64,000 nucleotides of DNA from Candidatus Chisholmbacteria bacterium RIFCSPHIGHO2_01_FULL_52_32 (GTDB taxonomy: Bacteria; Patescibacteriota; Microgenomatia; UBA1400; Chisholmbacteraceae): NCBI GenBank assembly GCA_001816585.1, contig MHCJ01000003.1, forward strand, positions 522,681-586,680. Direction: 5' to 3'. The notes beneath the pieces are model-generated. The model searched no databases. It saw nothing but the letters and a program-made list of their open reading frames with translations, and was not told where the DNA came from. Of the stretch, positions 28,001-35,885 are shown piece after piece. Every line of letters begins with the position of its first letter. Positions within the stretch are counted from its first letter, which is position 1. Both the position numbers and the translations under genes were made by a program.

Positions 28001-30122
28001 CAATCGTCACCGTTGCATTGCCGCCGCTGGCTAATGAACCGAGTTCACACTGGATCGATGGTGCGGAAGTGTCAGAACACGATCCCAGGCTTGGCGTAAC
28101 CGAAGTTATGGCATATCCTGCAGGCAACGTATCGGTTACAACCACTCCGCTTGCTGTATCAGGCCCTGCATTGTTAATCGTGAGTGTATAGGTAAGGGTA
28201 TCACCGCTGGTAACCGGGTCCGGGTTGTCGCTTTTGACGATAGATAGGTCTGAAAGGGCTTCGTAACAGTTGAGGTGGTCTTTGTTGTAGTTATTTGCAT
28301 TCGTTGACGTTGCAAAAAACTTTGTGGTTGAGACATTAATGCCTCTTGACGTGAGTTCTGAAACAGGAATAGCCCAATCAATATAATAAGGACCCGATCC
28401 AGTTACGCGTCCATAAAAAGAAGATGCTCCTTCCCAAACTACACTATCTGCAGGATCATTAAAGAGTGGTTGAAAGTCTACTCCCCCCGAATCAGGAGAA
28501 TGGGTAGGGTTATCGTAAAGAAGAACTTTATTGCCGGCTTTACCGCTTATGGAGCCGAGATATTGGTATTGTGGAGTAGAAGTCTGAAATAACACTACCC
28601 AAGAATACTGATGCAAATTACTTACTGTTCCCGGGTTTCCATTTATGCGCTCTCTGAAGTACAAGTAATTGCTATCTGAACCAAATCCCACGGCGGGGGT
28701 AACAGTAGTTCCGACCAGATCAACTTCAGTTGGAGCAACACCAGATTCACCAGACAGATCAGCAACACAACTACCAGGTGTAGCCCAACTTGTAGGCCAA
28801 GCTGGCGCTGGTACTTCTGTATAAGTAACAACAGCGCGAATGGTACCAACCCATACTTCACTCGTGTCAGTGGCAGTTTTTAAAACCCCAACTTCAAGTG
28901 TTGTTGCTCCGCTTTTAACTGTATCGGCAACATTTATGGTTTGTGTCCCTGAAGTACACGTGGTATTTGTTGCGACGAGATTAACTCCTGAATTCAATTC
29001 AGTACCGTTGAGGCGTGTGAAAGTCTGAAATGTACCGTCATCTGCCCCGCCATCATTACCATTTCTGTAAGTTACACTTACATCAACACTAGTTATTGTA
29101 GATCCATCAGGAATACTTGTTAGATTGATTAAGACTGATTCGCGATTCCCGGTAGTTGAGGCTGATATATTGTCTTGACCGTCTCCTCCATCGTCGCAAT
29201 CTGGAGAGCCTGTTTCGTCGATATCACCTTCATCACCCGTCCAGCTTGTATATGTTCCTTGTCCGTTAGGGTAAAGCGTTCCTGTGGCTGCATCTGTAAA
29301 TGTTGTTGAGGCAACAACCTGACCATCAACATCTTTCGCTTCGACTAAATAGTTGGGACGGTAATTGCCATCAAGTTGATAGGCGTAGATGAAGAAGCCG
29401 GTTTCGTCGGCTTGTACCTCGGTTTCAAAATGCACGGCTGGTTCATTCTCCGAAGTAATTACAATAGTGTAGGTCTCGTTAGGGGTGAAGTCGGTGCCGG
29501 TGATGACCACGGTATCAGTGGGTGCGTAATCTGGTTTATCGGTTACAAGAGCGGCGCTCGTTTCAGCGTCGGGCGAGGCGAGATCCAAGGATACCGCTTC
29601 AACGTTTTGAAGAACGGCAACGGTCAGTTGGCCTTCTTCAGGACTGACTGTGGTGACTTCGGGCATTGGGATGGCTTCCGTCGAAGCACCATCAAGGATT
29701 TGATCGGTCGGTTCCGTTGCGGGAGGTCCTGTTTCATTGGGAGGCGCTTCGTCTGAAGAAGCTGGGATGTCTTGGCTTGATGTGGGTGCAGGAGTGATTT
29801 CCGGCGTCGGTTCGGGAGCTAGGGTCGGTTCGGGAGTAACCTCCGGCGTCGGTGCGGGTGTCGGAGACTGGGTGGTTTCAGGTTCGTTGATAGGATCGGA
29901 AGTAATCGTTTGTTCCGGCTCTGGGTCGGTAGTAAGTTCTGCGGAAGGCGTTTGTTCTTCCGCAGGTGTCGGGATCGGTGTTTCTTCAACTACCGTGGTT
30001 GGTTCGGGAGTTATTTCTTGCGCGTATGCAAATTGTGCGAGCGCAATCGGATTGAGCGATTGAATGAAAATCGCGACGATGGCGATGAGGTTGGTGGTTT
30101 TCCGAGCGAGCTTTATGTTCAC
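25050..30122 (-). CDS. giant (1690 aa) LPATG-anchored surface protein with tandem beta-sandwich repeats ending in TCTITNDD
   Basis: Signal peptide; more than 8 repeats of (G/S)YTxxxWxGDCDxxGxVTLxxGxxKTCTIxNDD...LTLxKxVxNDNGG; C-terminus ALPATGAQN + hydrophobic helix + KERNKHE. GTG start. Confidence 0.8.
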   Translation of the reverse strand: MNIKLARKTTNLIAIVAIFIQSLNPIALAQFAYAQEITPEPTTVVEETPIPTPAEEQTPSAELTTDPEPEQTITSDPINEPETTQSPTPAPTPEVTPEPTLAPEPTPEITPAPTSSQDIPASSDEAPPNETGPPATEPTDQILDGASTEAIPMPEVTTVSPEEGQLTVAVLQNVEAVSLDLASPDAETSAALVTDKPDYAPTDTVVITGTDFTPNETYTIVITSENEPAVHFETEVQADETGFFIYAYQLDGNYRPNYLVEAKDVDGQVVASTTFTDAATGTLYPNGQGTYTSWTGDEGDIDETGSPDCDDGGDGQDNISASTTGNRESVLINLTSIPDGSTITSVDVSVTYRNGNDGGADDGTFQTFTRLNGTELNSGVNLVATNTTCTSGTQTINVADTVKSGATTLEVGVLKTATDTSEVWVGTIRAVVTYTEVPAPAWPTSWATPGSCVADLSGESGVAPTEVDLVGTTVTPAVGFGSDSNYLYFRERINGNPGTVSNLHQYSWVVLFQTSTPQYQYLGSISGKAGNKVLLYDNPTHSPDSGGVDFQPLFNDPADSVVWEGASSFYGRVTGSGPYYIDWAIPVSELTSRGINVSTTKFFATSTNANNYNKDHLNCYEALSDLSIVKSDNPDPVTSGDTLTYTLTINNAGPDTASGVVVTDTLPAGYAITSVTPSLGSCSDTSAPSIQCELGSLASGGNATVTIVGTLTTGQVSVTNSAAVTLDTAVSTDTNSTNNSDSEDTAVIQQGTLRVIKSVVNDDGGQTSSSAFTLHVKSGGVDISGSPQAGSSTGTVYTLTGGTYAVSEDTLPPGYTFSGFSGNCDSQGNVTVVAGQEVTCTLTNDDQPGILIVKKVVTNDNGGTLEAEDFSFQVNGGGAVPFEADGQNDLTVDAGTYTITEPSVTGYSTTYDNCSQVEVSNGGTATCTITNDDQQASLTLVKNLPNDDGGTATENNFTVYIDGNQASWGSHLLNAGSYIVSEDTLGGYTAGNWGGDCDASGNVILLPGDQKTCEITNDDQPATLTLVKTLPNDNGGNETEINFAVYINGQVSSWGAHTVAAGSYTVSEDAVSGYSASGWGDDCDSQGNVTLLPGESKTCTITNDDIAPTITLVKEVINDNGGTASENDFGLTVDGGGVTSGQVAAVNANTPIAINEAGLTGYTFISLTGDEKCPSQLGGTVTLDEGEDITCTITNDDVQPKLTVTKVVVTDNGGTKQVGDFPLFVDQTPVTSGVQNGFDAGAYTVSETQDAGYTMAISGDCDAQGSVTLAVGDEKSCTIENDDIAPTLTLEKTVVNDNGGNASADDFQASIDASPIPWGIPQTLNVGSYTASESELSGYTAGSWGGDCNEDGSVTLAEGENKTCTIENDDQPGTIAGKKWNDEDGNGELGEEPGLAGWHVQLFLDEDGDLGDQVGDDAVTDQNGNYLFENIDAGDYFICEVPQEGWEQTYPTEPSCHAVTLESGENDLGNNFGNQQLPTEFQISKVNDASGAKGPGDTVIYTLTIYNPNRRTIFNVQVTDLLPEGFSYVGGSWTALSNERGDLKEGGVTPEPVYASPGVWQLGDMTALETVLLSFQAKISDTQLAGTYGDLAYAFGCQKDIDCLSTDPGALLALAVDPGYLDTNFVGTEVEVKKDNQPGASYNVINQVLGAATALPATGAQNLWLILASLMMIFGIGLVSLGVKERNKHE

Positions 30123-30603
30123 TTTAGTTTAATGAAGTTTTATTTCCTGATTTGAGTCTGAAATATTTCCTCTTTTAATTACCAAAAACCAGCTACGAGC
30201 CTCTCGGTCCTTCGCTGGGTAATTTTTCGATCGGGCGGTATTATTTCACCTTTTCAATCATTTGTCAACTATAGGGTTATTCTGATCGGTTTACTATCGG
30301 AGTTTCTTTACAATAAAGTTATGATATACTAGCGAAATAATGAGAGAAAAACCGATCTATTCATTAGGTCTTCAGACTTCAGAGGGTGTAGTGGGATTCA
30401 CCATGGACTTGCGAGAGAAGCTCCCTGATTTCATCCATCAGGACATGTGGAGGGTAGTTCACGCAGCCAAAGGGGTTGAGGACCGATACGGCAAACAATC
30501 ATTTGGTCCGACGCACTTTGCGCGAAGAGACCCGACAATATAAGACCCGCTTTTTCAGATACCGGATTCACTCCGGACAAAGGCAGGCTTCCGATCTTCC
30601 GAA

Positions 30604-31350
30604 TTAATACAGCTTCTGAATCCCCGTGATGTCGCCGTCGTTTAGGGTCCGTTTGATGATATCCCCTTCGGTTGAGTAGCCGAACATGGTTTCAAGGTTG
30701 CAGGATGTGTTGTAGAGATCGTCCATGCCGGCGCTGTGACCGAGTTCGTGGGTCGCTATGTTGCGTAGGTCCATCAATAAGGGATTACTTGTCGCGTCAC
30801 CCCATGTCCAGCTGGAATCTGTGTTAAACAACATGTCCCACTCAACGAGCGCCCTGGTTTGCGGCGGGCCGCCGAAATAGCCCCAGACGTTCGTCACTGC
30901 GATCACGCCGGAATCAGCGTATGGTCCGAATGAGGCACTGTTCTTTCCGTCCATACTTTCGTTATAGGTTATATCCGGATCCTTGATACTGTTTCCGAAG
31001 ATGCTGTTTCCTCCGTAGTTTTCCCACTCGGATACTCCGGCATCAACTGCGTTCATGACATCATTGTCATTGAGTCCATCAGGATTGGTGGGATTGACAC
31101 GGTAATCCTCCGTTGTCTTCCACTTGGCCCCATTGGCAAGGAATCCATAGCATGCAGTTGCTTTTGGTTTTCCGACCTGCGCTGGCTTGGCATATCCTTT
31201 TTTGTGGTGGATGAAGGTGATCTTGGTTAAGGGGCCTCGATCATCAAGGCCTTTGGGACGCTCGTCACCGTTTTGGGCCAAAATAGGGAACGCCCAAACC
31301 AGTGCGGTAAAAATCCCAAGAATCGAGAATGTAACTATTGCTTTCTTCAT
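30604..31350 (-). CDS. secreted zinc metalloprotease, HExxHxxGxxD (snapalysin/M7-like metzincin-type motif)
   Basis: IATHELGHSAGMDDLY. Signal peptide MKKAIVTFSILGIFTALVWAFPILAQ (start moved to this Met). Confidence 0.55.
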   Translation of the reverse strand: MKKAIVTFSILGIFTALVWAFPILAQNGDERPKGLDDRGPLTKITFIHHKKGYAKPAQVGKPKATACYGFLANGAKWKTTEDYRVNPTNPDGLNDNDVMNAVDAGVSEWENYGGNSIFGNSIKDPDITYNESMDGKNSASFGPYADSGVIAVTNVWGYFGGPPQTRALVEWDMLFNTDSSWTWGDATSNPLLMDLRNIATHELGHSAGMDDLYNTSCNLETMFGYSTEGDIIKRTLNDGDITGIQKLY

Positions 31351-31472
31351 TATCTGTTCACCACCTTTCTTTTCGCTGTGATGGTACGATAACTGATCGC
31401 GACTTTCTGTGTTGTATATTACACTATTCTTGCAACTTATGGGCCAGTTAGCAAATGACTCTGTTATTATTG

Positions 31473-31748
31473 TCAAGCGGTCTCGTTCTTTTCAATACGC
31501 TGGAAGATTACTCCTTCTTCCCTACACTCATGGCAAAGCGGAAATGCCTCCCTTGCCGGAGCACCTTGTTCTTCAATAAAACTGCTCCCTCTTGTTGCAG
31601 GGAGTACATCTTGTGCGGCTCTTGCCAGATCGAGCGCAAGTTCAGGACTTGCCGGGAACCCGATTTTCAGGCACTGAGTGTTTTGCTCCGGGTCCTTTGA
31701 ACAGATTCGCAGGCTTACGGTGCGTGCTTGAATACCTTCTTTAAACAT
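31473..31748 (-). CDS. small Cys-containing hypothetical protein, overlaps the metalloprotease start by 4 nt
   Basis: C-x9-C ... CHEC; operon position only. Confidence 0.3.
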   Translation of the reverse strand: MFKEGIQARTVSLRICSKDPEQNTQCLKIGFPASPELALDLARAAQDVLPATRGSSFIEEQGAPAREAFPLCHECREEGVIFQRIEKNETA

Positions 31749-31830
31749 GGCTTATCCTTTCCAAGCGGGCAGAAATACACCGCTTTTTTGTGGGTAAAAA
31801 ATAACAAAGGTAGGGATTTCCCTACCTCGT

Positions 31831-31849
31831 GTACAGGTGCGACCTGTAC
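31831..31849. repeat. REP element (perfect) preceded by a GGTAGGGATTTCCCTACC hairpin
   Basis: Seen directly; intergenic gap 31749-31850. Confidence 0.85.
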
Positions 31850-32111
31850 GTTACTGTCTTTGGGATTGATCGGGGGTCTGGCGCGGTTCTTGCGCTATCT
31901 CTTTTGGCACGCCGGTTGGCTTGCCGTCTTCCCCAAAAATGAATTGTCCTGCTCCACTCCACAGCTCTCCATCGGCATAAGGATTAGGCTCTGATGGTTG
32001 AACCGCTGACTTTGGTCTTGGCGCTTCTGCAGTAAGCATTTCCCCTCCTTTCTTACACACTGGTTACATATGCTTATTGCAGTATAGCTTGTTTGCGTCA
32101 TCCAAGCAACC

Positions 32112-32813
32112 ATGTATTTCTTAATGCCAATCATCCCCGTAGGCTTGACTATAAGTTTTTCCTATGTTAGGATACCCGTCACTCCTGCCGCTTCTGCCAA
32201 GGACCCGCCCAAACGTATGATCCAATTCCTAACTGCATTGTTGTTGTTTGTGTTCGGCTTCAATCCGGTGACCCAACCGCCGGTTTCTCCTGTAGAAATC
32301 CTCGCACTGGCCGAAGAACATCTTTCTCAGATTGAAGTACCGGCACAGGTTGAAGTACCTGTAGGCGACCCGGTTTCCCAACACGCCCAAGGTCCGCAGG
32401 ACAGCGGAGAAGCGAATCCGCCGGCCCAGATTTTCCAAGATTCTCAAAATGATGAGGATCCCGAGGATCCTCCCGCCCCTTCCGTTTCCCAGCAAGGCAC
32501 CGAACCTGAACAGCCGGACACCACGAAAGTTACAGCCTACAATACCTCAAGCGGAACGGTGATTGAGCAAGTGGCGGCGGTTGCGGTTGAACACGCAGGA
32601 CCTTTAGTTTCCTGTGATGACCCGACGGTGTCGGAACTTTGTGAAGAATCGTCCGTGCCCGAATCGGATCCTGAACCAACACCGACACCCACCCCAACGC
32701 CCCCGCCCGGTGACCCTGAACCCCCATTTCCCCCACCTCCGTGTCCACCCTTTCCACATTCCGAAGGGGGAAGGGCGCTTTTAATGCCCTGTCTCCTCGA
32801 CTCCGATTTCTGA
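32112..32813 (+). CDS. Pro-rich secreted hypothetical protein
   Basis: TM/signal helix, PTPTPTPTPPPGDPEPPFPPPP tail. Confidence 0.35.
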   Translation: MYFLMPIIPVGLTISFSYVRIPVTPAASAKDPPKRMIQFLTALLLFVFGFNPVTQPPVSPVEILALAEEHLSQIEVPAQVEVPVGDPVSQHAQGPQDSGEANPPAQIFQDSQNDEDPEDPPAPSVSQQGTEPEQPDTTKVTAYNTSSGTVIEQVAAVAVEHAGPLVSCDDPTVSELCEESSVPESDPEPTPTPTPTPPPGDPEPPFPPPPCPPFPHSEGGRALLMPCLLDSDF

Positions 32814-32844
32814 TTCCTTTTTTGCTAACTGGTTCTGATTCCCT

Positions 32845-32860
32845 GTTCAGGTCGCACCCG
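32845..32860. repeat. REP remnant (CAGGTCGCACCCGC, inverted orientation)
   Basis: Partial match to the REP core in inverted orientation. Confidence 0.4.
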
Positions 32861-33351
32861 CAAGAATATCAAGCATCCCGGAGAACTTGAGGAAAATTAC
32901 GAACTTATTTCAAAACTCCGTAGATACCCTGGAACTTCGATCCAACTTTCTCAAGTGATTATGCGTTTTTTGAGACGACCTAACTTTCCTAAAGAATTGT
33001 TCTTGGAAGTGCGGCCGCACTTTAAATAACAATATGTATCGCAGACATCTCTATGAGTCCGTTTCAAAACTCTATTTCCTGTAAGTTTTAACGCAGTGAT
33101 CCGATTTGATTTTTTTAAGTTGGGTTTGGACCTCATTTTTCCCACATACGTATACAAAGATGCAGTTGACAGTATGTGCTACGCGTTTGGTACACTGCAA
33201 CTAATCTTCTTTTTGTTGGCCGCCAACGGAAACAAAGAAGGCACTGCCCCAGAATCAATCCCTGTCCTTTTTTAGTGAAGTCTGCCCAGACTGCTTAGCA
33301 TGAAACGAATTCTGCTCAGCCTGCTTTTCTTTGATACCGTTGGAGGGACTT

Positions 33352-33381
33352 AAGACTCCTTTATTTTTGGAGTCTTTTTTT
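33352..33381 (+). terminator. rho-independent terminator (AAGACTCC-TTTATTTTT-GGAGTCTT followed by TTTTT)
   Basis: 8-bp stem plus T-run on the + strand. No annotated + strand gene within 500 bp upstream. Confidence 0.55.
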
Positions 33382-33422
33382 GTGGATAGTTAAGTTATCA
33401 GTTTGGCAGTTTGGCTTGAAAG

Positions 33423-33809
33423 TTGGTGATCAACATGAAAAACATTCTTAAACGCACTGCCTCGGTGGCTGTTGCTGGTGCTTTGCTTCTGCAGTTCTCG
33501 TCCACTGTGTTTGCAGGAACCAGAGTTGTGATTCGGAACAACGGTGCACATAGCAGGAACAGGGTAAGGATACAGAGTACGCAGGACGTGGATGTTACAC
33601 AAACCAATAGGGCGAATATCACGAACACGGTCGTGGCTGTTGCAAACACGGGAGATAACCTTGCCAATGGGAATACCGGCGGGAATACCTCGATCACCAC
33701 GGGTGATGCCTCGGCTTCGGCAACAATCGTCAATGTTGCGAATGCCAATATTGCGGTGGTGAATACCTGTTGTAATGGGGATACTCCGTGTGAACCGGTG
33801 GTTGAATGA
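33423..33809 (+). CDS. small secreted protein = one copy of the 'NTGxN...NTGG...CC' repeat domain
   Basis: Signal peptide; Q(S/T)NxAxxxNxVxAxANTGDNLANGNTGGNTSITTGDA...VNTCC. Same repeat as in 37190..38524, 52014..53174, 53235..55433 and 55575..56867. Confidence 0.5.
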   Translation: MVINMKNILKRTASVAVAGALLLQFSSTVFAGTRVVIRNNGAHSRNRVRIQSTQDVDVTQTNRANITNTVVAVANTGDNLANGNTGGNTSITTGDASASATIVNVANANIAVVNTCCNGDTPCEPVVE

Positions 33810-33915
33810 ATCTGCCCGAAAGATTACGGGTAGTTTGACATTATTTATTGCCAGGTCCCGGTGAGATAGGCTCTGCCACCTCACGGGTTCAAACAAGAGG
33901 TAACACATTACAATA

Positions 33916-34758
33916 GTGCCTCTTCAGAAAGGTGGTGAAAAAACAATGAAGCGATTTTTATTGAGCGTGTTTACGATTGCCGCGGTTGCCGGACTCGCGT
34001 TCGGCGCAACATCGGCGTTCTTCTCCGATACGGAAACGTCAACGGGGAATACATTCGCGGCAGGAGAATTGGATCTTCACATCGATAACACCAGTTATCT
34101 TAATGGAGCGCTCAATCCAGGCACTACGTGGGAGCCTTCTGATTTAACAAATCAGTTATTTTTCAATTTTCTCGATGTTAAGCCCGGAGACGAGGGTGAA
34201 GATACAGTTAGTATTCATGTTGCTGACAACGATGCTTGGGCGTGCGTGGACATCGATATCACTGAGAACGATGACGTGAGTTGTACAGAACCTGAATTGG
34301 CTGATGATGGAACTTGTGCAGAAGGAGATGGAGTGCCAGACGGTGATCTTACCGATGGTGATTTAGCAGGCGACCTTGAGTTTTTGTTCTGGACCGATGA
34401 TGGTGACAATGTGTTTGAAGACGATGAAACTCCCTTAACTCAAGGTTTGGCATCTTCGGTTCTTAACGATGTAACGTGGACTCTGGCTGATGCGGATGAA
34501 AATAACGTTGGCGGAATAGATGGGGATCCTTTGGATGGTGATACGACCTACCACATCGGAAAGGCATGGTGCTTTGGTGATCTAACCCTAGATGCAACTG
34601 CATCAGGGCAAGGTGTTAATCCAACGGTCGATCCAGGTGTTGAATGTAACGGGACTCTCGTTGATGATGCCTCGCAGTCTGACAAGTTGATGGGTGATAT
34701 CAGCTTCTACGCTGAGCAGTGGAGGAACAATCCGAATTTCCAGTGCGGGCAGGATTAA
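33916..34758 (+). CDS. TasA/camelysin (M73)-like protein with a SipW-cognate-type signal peptide, copy 1
   Basis: MKRFLLSVFTIAAVAGLAFGATSAFFSDTETSTGNTFAAGELDL; ...FFNFLDVKPGDEGEDTVSIHV. Confidence 0.6.
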   Translation: MPLQKGGEKTMKRFLLSVFTIAAVAGLAFGATSAFFSDTETSTGNTFAAGELDLHIDNTSYLNGALNPGTTWEPSDLTNQLFFNFLDVKPGDEGEDTVSIHVADNDAWACVDIDITENDDVSCTEPELADDGTCAEGDGVPDGDLTDGDLAGDLEFLFWTDDGDNVFEDDETPLTQGLASSVLNDVTWTLADADENNVGGIDGDPLDGDTTYHIGKAWCFGDLTLDATASGQGVNPTVDPGVECNGTLVDDASQSDKLMGDISFYAEQWRNNPNFQCGQD

Positions 34759-35018
34759 TTGGAGTCGGATTGATAGTTGACAAGATATTTTGTGCGATCC
34801 TCTAGCCCTTCGGCTAAGCTCAGGGTCTTAATCGATCCTCTGACTTTGCGCAAGGGTTAGAGGGTACCCCGCTGGTCGGACGCACGGCATGGGAAAGACT
34901 CAATCTTCCTTTGCTACTGCCCGGCCGGCGGGGTGCCGCCCAACTTCAGCCAACTGAAGTTGGAAAATCCGAAATCCGAAGCACGAAGCACGAAATAAAT
35001 GCTTTATGCAAGTAGGAT

Positions 35019-35885
35019 ATGTGTGGAGGTATGAAGAAGCTTTTTGTCAGCCTGGTTACGTTGGCCGCTGTGGGAGCGCTTGGTTTTGGCGCAACGCGGG
35101 CGTTCTTTTCCGACACCGAAACCAGTACGGGAAATACCTTTCAAGCCGGAGGCCTTGATTTGAAAGTCGATAGCGAGTGCCACTACTTCCAAAATAATGA
35201 GGCCATCGGCTGCGATGGCTTCGGCACATGGGGAGAAGCGGATTTGGTTCCGGGAATTCACAAATTTTTCAACTTTACGGATATCAAACCCGGTGACTAC
35301 GGAGAAGATACGCTAAGCCTTCATGTTGTCGGTAACGATGCCTGGGGGCGGCTGGTCATCGGTGATTTTCAAGATTCTGATAATACATGTCCCGAACCTG
35401 AAGAAGAAGCGGAAGGAGAACCTTGCGGGACAGAAGGGGAACTTGGGGAGAATTTACTGGTCTCTGTGTGGCTTGATCAAGGGATAAGCGTTGGATTTGG
35501 GGGAAAACCGTCCCCACAAGGAGGAGATGCGGGAGAAGGGGACAACATTCGGCAAACCCAAGAACCATTTCTGATCGCTGAGACCACGCTCGATCAGCTT
35601 CCAAGCACTATTGACCTTACTCAAGAACTTGCCGATTATCGCCAGTCTATTAGTGCCACCTGCGATTTTTATGATCCGGATGGTGACGGTCAAACCGGCG
35701 GGCCGGGATATTGTCAAGGATTGGCCACTGATGGGCGTCTTGTAGGCAGCGTTACCTACTATTTTGCGATTGCCTGGGAGCTACCGGCGAGTGTCGGAAA
35801 TGAGGTGCAGACAGATAGTGTTGGATTTGATCTTGCGTTTGAAGTAGAACAGACTCGGAATAACCCGACGCCTTTTGAGATCTAA
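35019..35885 (+). CDS. TasA/camelysin-like protein with a SipW-cognate-type signal peptide, copy 2
   Basis: MKKLFVSLVTLAAVGALGFGATRAFFSDTETSTGNTFQAGGLDL; FFNFTDIKPGDYGEDTLSLHV. Confidence 0.6.
   Translation: MCGGMKKLFVSLVTLAAVGALGFGATRAFFSDTETSTGNTFQAGGLDLKVDSECHYFQNNEAIGCDGFGTWGEADLVPGIHKFFNFTDIKPGDYGEDTLSLHVVGNDAWGRLVIGDFQDSDNTCPEPEEEAEGEPCGTEGELGENLLVSVWLDQGISVGFGGKPSPQGGDAGEGDNIRQTQEPFLIAETTLDQLPSTIDLTQELADYRQSISATCDFYDPDGDGQTGGPGYCQGLATDGRLVGSVTYYFAIAWELPASVGNEVQTDSVGFDLAFEVEQTRNNPTPFEI

Noticed and set aside
26199-29756. Many 70-216-aa ORFs on the + strand within 25050..30122 (e.g. 26199..26849, 27375..27947, 29376..29756)
   Set aside because: They are antisense to the well-supported giant adhesin gene. 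They are Gly/Val/Ser-rich shadows of its repetitive codons.
30340-30543. 67-aa + strand ORF in the 480-bp region upstream of the giant adhesin gene
   Set aside because: No RBS, no recognisable family, and it lies in the divergent promoter region. Kept only as a remote possibility of a small regulatory protein.
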